DNA from: Granulicella sp.
GTDB taxonomy: Bacteria > Acidobacteriota > Terriglobia > Terriglobales > Acidobacteriaceae
Direction: 5' to 3'
Assembly (NCBI GenBank): GCA_027339965.1
Contig: DAHWNL010000083.1
Span: forward strand, 1 to 16,800
DNA: 16,800 bases
In this document: positions 8,411 to 15,466 of the stretch, in pieces
Position numbering within the stretch: position 1 is the first letter of the stretch
Layout of the letters: every line of letters begins with the position of its first letter
Program-made: the position numbers and the translations under genes
Notes under the pieces: model-generated
What the model saw: the letters and a program-made list of their open reading frames with translations, nothing else
Told to the model about the DNA's origin: nothing
Databases searched by the model: none

Positions 8411-8601
8411 TACTGGTGCATGCAGCGTGATCTCTTCTGCCGGCCCCTATCCGAGATGGCTCCCAGAACGTTTAGCGGTCGCGGTCTCCATCATCGTGCC
8501 GCACAGAATCAACCGCTGAATCTGCGGCAATCTACAGGCTGTTTCACAAGATCAGCCAACCGGCAATCCCGATCGAAATGGACATGGCCAAGGAAGGCAG
8601 C

Positions 8602-9435
8602 ATGACAGCGACCGTCGATTTAGCTTCAGCCGGAGCTAACGATTTTGCCTTGCGAGGCTTGAAAGGTCTCACCGAGCAATACATACCTCCGCCGCTTGGG
8701 GATTTCACCCCGGAAGCCTCTTGGAATCAGTCTTATGTCATGTATGTATTGATCCCACACGGGGCCAGAAAGGTGGGCGAGTTTACTCTTGCGCGTGAGG
8801 CGAAAGACTCCACAGGTTTCACGTTGAACGTGCAAACGCGCCGCTACTCCGTTTCAGGTTTCTCGCAGTTTGAGCGAGCAGAGATTCAGTGTAAAAACGA
8901 TGCGCTGGCCTCCCCTGTTTCCTGGCTGTTTGACACCAAGCTGGCGCAACAAGCCGGCGACCCACCCTATCTGCAGAGCGGCCGCAGGCGCAGCGGAGCG
9001 GTGCGTGACGGCATGCTGCTGATTGCAGACAAGATACGCACGTACCGAACTGCTTTGGAAGGAGCCTACAGCAATGAATGGACGCTGCTGGAGGCGGTAC
9101 AAAGGCTGCCCGGTGAACAGACTCCGTCCCTCCGCTATACGCTCATCGACGAGTACGATCTGCTGCAGCCTTCCCACAGGCTCGCCTATCGGGACCAAGT
9201 TGTTGTTCCTGTGAAAAGCAGTTCTCTCAAGCTGCACAGCTACTGCGATCTGGGTGCAGGGGTGATTCCGACCACTTACTGGGTGGATGAGCATCATCGC
9301 CTGGTCTTTGTCTGTACCGGTCTGCAGGTTTACGCTCTGAACGCCACCAATGGGCGGACTGGCTCCTGCCCCGACCACTATAACTCGTCCGTAGGACCCG
9401 ATCCTCTGAGGAACTCCGGTGATGCCGAAAAATAA
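8602..9435 (+). CDS. Hypothetical protein (~277 aa), probably beta-rich, co-transcribed with the sulfatase
   Basis: Long ORF with AAGGAAGG before ATG 8602 (alternative starts 8578 and 8584). Its 3' end overlaps the sulfatase start. No family recognised. Confidence 0.75.
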   Translation: MTATVDLASAGANDFALRGLKGLTEQYIPPPLGDFTPEASWNQSYVMYVLIPHGARKVGEFTLAREAKDSTGFTLNVQTRRYSVSGFSQFERAEIQCKNDALASPVSWLFDTKLAQQAGDPPYLQSGRRRSGAVRDGMLLIADKIRTYRTALEGAYSNEWTLLEAVQRLPGEQTPSLRYTLIDEYDLLQPSHRLAYRDQVVVPVKSSSLKLHSYCDLGAGVIPTTYWVDEHHRLVFVCTGLQVYALNATNGRTGSCPDHYNSSVGPDPLRNSGDAEK

Positions 9436-10987
9436 GATGTACCCGAGTCAGAAGGCTTCTTCCGAGACAACATTCGAGCCACGCGACGCGTCGCGCCGCA
9501 GCTTCATCAAGGCAGGGGCTGCGGTCAGCGGTCTTTCCGTGCTGGATCGCCCTTCTGTAGCGGCGACCATCACAAAGACCGGGAGCAGGACAGGCAAGAA
9601 GCCCAATATCGTTTTTATCATCTCGGACCAACTGAACATTGATGCCATTGCCGGCTACAAGAGCCACTATCGTCATCCGGCCTACGGTGGGCACTGGGTC
9701 AAAACGCCCCATCTTGACCGGCTCGCGCAAGAAGGTTATTCGTTTCTTGAGTCCCACACGGCCGACCCGGTGTGCTCCCCATCACGCTCCTGCATGTTTA
9801 CCGGCCGCATGGCAATTGAGACCGGCGTGGTCCAAATCAACATCGGTCTGGATAAGAACATCCCAAACATGGGGCAGTGGTTTGAACAGTACACTGACTA
9901 CCGCCGCATCTACTGCGGCAAGTGGCACATTGGCGGGCACTGGAACTACCCCACAGTGAGCGGCCCGCGCAAGATTCCGGGTTTCGATACCCTCCCGGTG
10001 GGTGGCTCGGGCATGGGCATTTACACCGATCCACAGGTCTCCAACAGCGCCTCTTCCTTTATCGCCAATGACCGCGGCGATACGCCTTATCTGCTGGTCG
10101 CCAGTCTGATGAACCCGCATGACATCTGCTACTGGGCCATGAATCTGGACGGCAAGCGCTCCACGCCAAACGAGGACATCTACCAACTCGGCGACCAACT
10201 GCCTGTCCTTCCTCCCAATTTCCACTACCACTACAAAGAGCCGCAGGGTGAAGGGCCGTATCGCGGCTTTCACTCGGAGACGCAGTGGCGCAATTACACC
10301 TACGACTACTACCGGATGGTGGAAGATATCGACGAGCATGTGGGGCGCATCCTGAATGCTATTCGCGAGCGCAATGACGATACGATTGTCATCTTTACCT
10401 CCGATCACGGCGAGGGGCTCGGGCGTCACCAGCGCATTGAAAAATGGCATCCCTACCAGTCTTCGGTCAAGGTTCCTTTGATCGTCTGGAGTCCGAAGCA
10501 CGTTAAGCCGGGAGTTCTCGATACGGAGCACCTGGTCGCCAACGTGGATATTATGCCTACCCTTTGCGACTACGCCGGCATTGAGGCGCCCCCCTTGCAG
10601 CGCGGTCATAACCTGCGTCCTTGGGTGGATCGAAACGGAGATCCTCCCAAACAATGGCGCACCAATGTGTACTCCGAGTGGCAGATTACTGGCCGTAATG
10701 TGCGCACGAAGCGCTACAAGTGGGCCATGCGTTACCAGTACTCAGGCGACTTTCAGAAGCCCTTCGTAAGAAAGACAGACGGGAAAGCGATGCAATTCGT
10801 TCCCGGACATGGTGAAGAGTTCACCGAATACCCCAATGAGCTGCTCTTCGACCTTGAAAAAGATCCATGGGAGATCAATAACCTGGCCGACGATCCCGCC
10901 TATGCATCCGTGGTGAAGGAACATCGACAGATCCTGCGGGAGTGGGAGGCCAAACTTATTCCCGGCGTGAACTACGACAGAAATTAG
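9419..10987 (+). CDS. Tat-exported Cys-type (formylglycine-dependent) sulfatase, family S1
   Basis: Tat motif SRRSFIK, KPNIVFIISDQ, TPHLDRLA, active-site CSPSR (CxPxR) then MFTGR, GKWH, NPHD, IFTSDHGE, VPLI and LFDLEKDPWEINNLA. GAGGA precedes GTG 9419 / ATG 9422. Confidence 0.95.
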   Translation: MMPKNKMYPSQKASSETTFEPRDASRRSFIKAGAAVSGLSVLDRPSVAATITKTGSRTGKKPNIVFIISDQLNIDAIAGYKSHYRHPAYGGHWVKTPHLDRLAQEGYSFLESHTADPVCSPSRSCMFTGRMAIETGVVQINIGLDKNIPNMGQWFEQYTDYRRIYCGKWHIGGHWNYPTVSGPRKIPGFDTLPVGGSGMGIYTDPQVSNSASSFIANDRGDTPYLLVASLMNPHDICYWAMNLDGKRSTPNEDIYQLGDQLPVLPPNFHYHYKEPQGEGPYRGFHSETQWRNYTYDYYRMVEDIDEHVGRILNAIRERNDDTIVIFTSDHGEGLGRHQRIEKWHPYQSSVKVPLIVWSPKHVKPGVLDTEHLVANVDIMPTLCDYAGIEAPPLQRGHNLRPWVDRNGDPPKQWRTNVYSEWQITGRNVRTKRYKWAMRYQYSGDFQKPFVRKTDGKAMQFVPGHGEEFTEYPNELLFDLEKDPWEINNLADDPAYASVVKEHRQILREWEAKLIPGVNYDRN

Positions 10988-11189
10988 AGACGGCTTCCCG
11001 ATGAAGATGCGTGTTCAAGCCTGCTGGGAGGCGACAGCTTCCTTTCAAGATGCGACGCCGGGGACTCCACGTGCGCGACGTCGCCGAGAGGCGAGGTGCC
11101 GAACTTTGGCAGCTTCTCTCTTTTTCTGCGCGGACGAAGCCTCCCAGGCAGGCTGAGGTCGGGGCAAAGCCAATGAAGATCGAGGTCTC
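10987..11189. other. ~200-nt fold-back element between convergent genes (candidate structured ncRNA, 3'UTR or MITE-like relic)
   Basis: Nested complementary blocks GAGAC/GTCTC, GGCTT/AAGCC, CCCGA/TCGGG, AGCCTGC/GCAGGCT and TGGGAGGC/GCCTCCCA, enclosing internal hairpins. Confidence 0.5.
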
Positions 11190-11213
11190 GGGATACGCCT
11201 GCACGCAAGAACT

Positions 11214-12143
11214 TTATCGGCGCAGCAGGTTGCGGGCCAGGAAGAGGACGTTGGCCGGCCGCTCAGCCAGGCGGCGCATGAAGTAGGGATACCACTCGGC
11301 ACCGAAGGGTACATAAACGCGTACGCCATACCCCTGCGTCACCAGCTTGCGCTGCAGATCGCGGCGGATTCCGTAGAGCATCTGGAACTCGAAGGCTCGT
11401 TTGTCGATCTTCTGCTCCGCGACAAAGGCGCAGAGCTGTTGAATGATGGCCTCGTCGTGGGTGGCGATGCCGCAGAAGACCGGGCTGCCGACCAGCCTCT
11501 TCATCAGCTTGACGTAGTTTTTGTCCACATCGGCCTTGGCAGGGAAGGCGATCTCGGCCGGCTCCTTGTAGGCTCCCTTGCAGAGACGGATGCGGATTCC
11601 CTGGGCGAGCAGCCGCTCGGCGTCCTGCTCGCTGCGTAAAAGATAAGCCTGCAGGACTGTGCCGACTGCGCCAGGATGCTTGCGGTGGAGGTGCTCGGTG
11701 AGGGCCAGCGTGGGCTCCGTGTATGCCGAGCCTTCCATATCAATGCGAACGAAGTTACCGTTGGCCGCCGCATGGGCCACCATCTCGCCCACGATGCGTT
11801 CGGCCAGAGCCGGTCCGGCGGCGGGGCCGCCGATGTCCATGCCGACCTGGGTCAGCTTGACGCTGACGTTGGCGCGCAGGCCTCTTTGCTGAATGGCATC
11901 CAGGAGCTGGTGGTAGATGGCAGCGCTCTGCTCCGCCTGGGAGATCTCCAGAACGCTCTCTCCCAAGGCGTCCAAGGTGACCTCAATGCCCTCGGCGTTG
12001 AGCGCGGCGGCAACGTTGGTGGCCTCGTCCAGTGAGATGCCGGCGACGAAGCGGCGCGAGACGCGGCGGCCAAGGGAAGAACGTTCTGAGAAGGCGCGGA
12101 AGGAGCGGTTGGTGGAGAGACCAATAAAAAGGGAACGAAGCAA
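11214..12143 (-). CDS. Monofunctional proline dehydrogenase (PRODH, PutB-like), ~309 aa
   Basis: RRFVAG, LDALGE, SVKLTQ, FVRIDME, VLQAYL, RLCKGAYKE, IATHD, EFQMLYG and RVYVPFGAEWYPYFMRRLAERPAN. Probable TTG start at 12143 after GAGGT. The ORF-track N-terminus from 12314 looks non-coding. Confidence 0.95.
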   Translation of the reverse strand: MLRSLFIGLSTNRSFRAFSERSSLGRRVSRRFVAGISLDEATNVAAALNAEGIEVTLDALGESVLEISQAEQSAAIYHQLLDAIQQRGLRANVSVKLTQVGMDIGGPAAGPALAERIVGEMVAHAAANGNFVRIDMEGSAYTEPTLALTEHLHRKHPGAVGTVLQAYLLRSEQDAERLLAQGIRIRLCKGAYKEPAEIAFPAKADVDKNYVKLMKRLVGSPVFCGIATHDEAIIQQLCAFVAEQKIDKRAFEFQMLYGIRRDLQRKLVTQGYGVRVYVPFGAEWYPYFMRRLAERPANVLFLARNLLRR

Positions 12144-12405
12144 CGTACCAGACCTCAGCCTTGGGAGAATCGATTCCCATTGTCGCACCCGACCCCTGTC
12201 TGCGCGCCCACCAGAGCGAACGGAATCGTTCGGTAAGCGTACAGAGGCGCGGGTGGGCGGCAAATCTGGGAAGTGGAGGAAACCACGGAATGCCGGCACC
12301 GGCAGAGGGAGCACTCAACGAGAGTTGGAAAGGATGAAAACTGTGTTTTGATCGGAGTGCGGGGCCGCAAGGTAGGGGCGCTCTTTCTCAATCGACCGGA
12401 GAAGA

Positions 12406-13269
12406 TCACACTCGGCCGGGCTTTGGCGTCACGGAGGGCGGGGAACTGGAGCGTTCGACCGGTGTGGTGACCATGGCGCTGGTGTCCTTGAGCGCGGCGA
12501 TCGCTTGATCGTAGCGGCCGCGCAGACTGTTGGAACGGATCTGGGCCATCTCTTCGAGCATCTTCATGCCGTCCTTGAGATAACTGATGCGGCTGCGTTC
12601 ATCGTGGCCCCAGGTAACCGGGACCTCCACGATGGTGTAGCGGAGCTTGCGGGCGATGAAGAGAATCTCGGGGTCAAACCCCCAGCGCTCAATGGTCTGG
12701 AGACGGAAGATGGTCTGCGCGGCGTCGCGGCGAAAGGCCTTGAAGCCGCACTGAGTGTCCTTGAAGGGAAGCCCCATCACCTTGCGTGTAACCCAGTTGA
12801 AACAACGGCCGAAGAAGCGGCGATAGAGCGGCTGGTGAATGGTCTGCCTCTGCCTGTCCAGCCAGCGGGATCCGATGGCGACATCGGCTCCAGCTTCGAT
12901 AGCCTCGATGAGGTGCTGAGCTTCTTCAATGGGCGCGGAGAGGTCGGCGTCGGTGAACAGGACGATTTCGCCGGAGGCCTGGAGTAGCCCGTTGCGAACC
13001 GAGTAACCTTTGCCGCGGTTGCCGGGATTCTGAATGAGATGCAGAGAGGAGCAAGAGGCCATCCAGCGGTGCACGATCGAAGCGGTGTTATCTGTGGATC
13101 CGTCGTCGATGATGAGCACCTCACTCTCCCAGGGATGCGAGGTACCCCAGGCAAGCACACTGGAGAGCGCTGTTTCCATGCGAGCGCTCTCGTTGTAAGC
13201 CGGGATGACGATGCTCAACCGCGGAGATGCCGGGGTGGTCGTCCGCCGTTCTGAGGGGTTGGATTCCAT
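12406..13269 (-). CDS. GT2 glycosyltransferase, polyprenyl/dolichyl-phosphate glycosyltransferase-like
   Basis: SIVIPAYNE, IIDDGSTD, NRGKGYSV, FTDAD (DxD), IGSR, DTQCGFK, WGFDPEIL and EVPVTW. Confidence 0.92.
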   Translation of the reverse strand: MESNPSERRTTTPASPRLSIVIPAYNESARMETALSSVLAWGTSHPWESEVLIIDDGSTDNTASIVHRWMASCSSLHLIQNPGNRGKGYSVRNGLLQASGEIVLFTDADLSAPIEEAQHLIEAIEAGADVAIGSRWLDRQRQTIHQPLYRRFFGRCFNWVTRKVMGLPFKDTQCGFKAFRRDAAQTIFRLQTIERWGFDPEILFIARKLRYTIVEVPVTWGHDERSRISYLKDGMKMLEEMAQIRSNSLRGRYDQAIAALKDTSAMVTTPVERSSSPPSVTPKPGRV

Positions 13270-13477
13270 TCAATCTTCTTGATTCGGCACCGCCTGCCTG
13301 CGCCAGATCTGCTGCGAGAGCCCGGGCACATCTGGAGAGGGGAGAACATGAGCCGGCTTGTGAGGATCAGAAAGCGTGACGCACACTCCATCGTACGACA
13401 AACGGTTAAGCAAATGCCATGTCCTCCCGAGCCGCAAAATACTGTTTTGAGCTTGGGGAAAGGAGCTGCCATGCAGC

Positions 13478-13505
13478 TTGGCGAAGAGGATGATTCTGGT
13501 AGACT
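13478..13505 (+). promoter_or_regulatory. Putative sigma70 promoter for sppA
   Basis: TTGGCG-N16-TAGACT with an extended TG at 13497-13498. The -10 ends 7 nt before ATG 13513. Confidence 0.55.
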
Positions 13506-13512
13506 CAAGGCC

Positions 13513-14649
13513 ATGTCGGAGCCACTCGTTCCTCCTCAACCGCCGCAGCAGGTTCCAAGCCAAACCCCGCAACCGGCCGAGAATCCGTCCTCAACGCAGG
13601 GGGGTGGATGTCCGCCCCCAGGCTATGGCGGTTACCCTGGGTATCCGGGTGCTTGGGGATACACGGGCCAGAGGGAGCCCTACGGCTATCCCGGGGGAGG
13701 GGGCATGCCCGGGCTGCCTGCGGACCGGCGGCCAACCTGGCCTTGGGTGGTGCTGCTGGCAGGAGTTCTGGGGTTGGCGATCATGGCTGTGGGCACCTTC
13801 TTCGTTTCCGAGGTCAAGACCCTGGCGCTGGGCGCGGACACAAGCGACGGGGTGGGAACCCTCAACTGGGGCCGCAATGCGATTGCTGTGATCGAGATCA
13901 ATGGCGTGATCACCGACAAGGACACCGATAAGGTGAATAAGGAGTTGGAAGATTACAGCGACAACAGCAGCATCAAAGCGATTTTGCTCCATATCGATTC
14001 GCCGGGCGGGGGAGCGGCTGCGTCGCAGGAGATCTATCACGAGGTGATGCGGGTAAGACAGGAGAAGCACAAAGAGGTCGTGGCCTCGGTGGAGTCCGTG
14101 GGAGCTTCGGGAGCGTACTATATTGCCTCTGCATGCGACAAAATCTATGCCAATCCTGCTTCTGTAGTGGGTTCGATTGGCGTGATCATGGAGTGGACCA
14201 ACTACGGCGATTTGATGCAGTGGGCCAAGTTGAAGCCAGTGACCATCTCCCATGGAGCGTTGAAGGATGCCGGCGATCCGACGCGTCCAATGACACCCCA
14301 GGAGCAGGCCTACTTTCAGTCGCTGGTGGACAACATGTACGGGCAGTTCGTGCATGACGTGGCGATAGGCCGGCATACCACGGATGCCAATATGACTCAG
14401 TTGGCGACCGGGCAGGTATGGACCGGACAAGAGGCTAGATCCTTGGGGCTGATCGATTCCGAGGGCGGCTTTCGGACGGCGCTGATCGATACAGCGCGAT
14501 CCGTGGGTATCAAGGGCGAGCCGAAGGTGGTGCGGCCCTCGGCGAAACGGCCTGGCCTGCTGGATATGGTTGAGGACGCCGATGGGCTGTTTACGAACCC
14601 GGGGCAGATGCTGGACCGTTCGCCGGGGTTCTATTTTCTGTGGAAGTAG
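13513..14649 (+). CDS. sppA: Signal peptide peptidase SppA (S49, single-domain type) with Pro/Gly/Tyr-rich N-terminus
   Basis: TM helix, IAVIEINGVI, HIDSPGG, GASGAYYIAS (catalytic Ser), VGSIGV, GALKD (Lys) and TGQVWTG. Alternative start at 13471. Confidence 0.93.
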   Translation: MSEPLVPPQPPQQVPSQTPQPAENPSSTQGGGCPPPGYGGYPGYPGAWGYTGQREPYGYPGGGGMPGLPADRRPTWPWVVLLAGVLGLAIMAVGTFFVSEVKTLALGADTSDGVGTLNWGRNAIAVIEINGVITDKDTDKVNKELEDYSDNSSIKAILLHIDSPGGGAAASQEIYHEVMRVRQEKHKEVVASVESVGASGAYYIASACDKIYANPASVVGSIGVIMEWTNYGDLMQWAKLKPVTISHGALKDAGDPTRPMTPQEQAYFQSLVDNMYGQFVHDVAIGRHTTDANMTQLATGQVWTGQEARSLGLIDSEGGFRTALIDTARSVGIKGEPKVVRPSAKRPGLLDMVEDADGLFTNPGQMLDRSPGFYFLWK

Positions 14650-14794
14650 GCGATAGCGAAGTCGGGAATGCTTCGGGCAGGTAAGCGATGATTTGCGCTG
14701 AGCTGCAGAAACACCGAGCGGCGGAGCCATCTCATGACATTACCGGAGCGGAGAGTTGGGCTGGCGAAAGAAAGACTATCGTATCGCGATATCA

Positions 14795-14803
14795 TGCTAT
14801 AGT
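14795..14803 (+). promoter_or_regulatory. Extended -10 element upstream of the IHF/HU gene
   Basis: TGcTATAGT, preceded by the palindrome TATCGCGATA (14782-14791). Confidence 0.5.
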
Positions 14804-14933
14804 GAAGGAAATAGAGGCCTTGCCGAGGCGAGTACGGATTCTTCCCACGCCGGGGTCCAAACTGCTGTGACCTTCCGGGTAGAACGTACGTCACACGAGG
14901 AGCGAGCACTAACCACAGAGCGCAGGAGGTTTC

Positions 14934-15320
14934 ATGACGAAAGCCGATTTAGTCGATCACGTGACTGCACTTGGAGATCTAACCCGCCGCGATGGTGAGG
15001 TGATTGTCGAAACGCTGTTCGACTCCATCATCGATGCTTTGAAGTCCAACGACAAGGTGGAGGTGCGTGGGTTTGGAAGCTTCCGCTCCCGACAGAGGAA
15101 GCCCAGGACCGGGAGAAATCCCAAGACAGGAGAGTCGGTTGCAGTTCCCGCCAAGAGGGTTCCTTACTTCAAGCCAAGCAAAGAGCTGCGTGATCTTGTG
15201 AATCCGGGAGAGGCCGAGAGAGGACACCGCGGGAACGCAAGGTCCGAGATGCGAAGCGCGGCTGAGCCGCCAGGGCCAAACCTCTCAGGAGTAGACCCGT
15301 ACCATCCGCCAGCCATGTAG
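14934..15320 (+). CDS. ihfB: Integration host factor beta-like / HU-family DNA-binding protein with C-terminal tail
   Basis: MTKADLV...KVEVRGFGSF...RTGRNPKTGESV...VPYFKPSKELRDLVN. SD AGGAGG lies upstream. The position downstream of sppA is a known ihfB arrangement. Confidence 0.85.
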   Translation: MTKADLVDHVTALGDLTRRDGEVIVETLFDSIIDALKSNDKVEVRGFGSFRSRQRKPRTGRNPKTGESVAVPAKRVPYFKPSKELRDLVNPGEAERGHRGNARSEMRSAAEPPGPNLSGVDPYHPPAM

Positions 15321-15381
15321 CTGCCAAGTCTCCGAGCCTCCATATCTGCAAGTCTCTTGAATGGAAGCTTTCCCTGCTGGT

Positions 15382-15398
15382 TGTTCGTTGATCGAACA
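15382..15398. promoter_or_regulatory. Palindromic candidate operator upstream of the CysJ-like gene
   Basis: TGTTCG-TTGAT-CGAACA, a perfect 6-5-6 dyad about 70 nt upstream of the ATG. Confidence 0.35.
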
Positions 15399-15466
15399 GT
15401 TAGCGTCCTGCACCTGTGCTACTGATCACTTTCTGGGCGTATATCGGTCCATAGAATCTGAGGAAT

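Noticed and set aside
10956..11329. Small ORFs across the sulfatase-PRODH spacer
   Set aside because: No SD or recognisable product. The region is better explained by its nucleotide self-complementarity.
12217..12232. Firmicute-type SOS box
   Set aside because: The spacing is CGAAC-N6-GTTCG rather than N4, and the likely lineage uses a different box.
13591..14730. 379-aa minus-strand ORF opposite sppA (likewise 9782-10654, 1686-2450, 2269-3081, 3091-3846 and 6735-7448)
   Set aside because: Shadow ORFs lying almost entirely over well-supported genes on the other strand.
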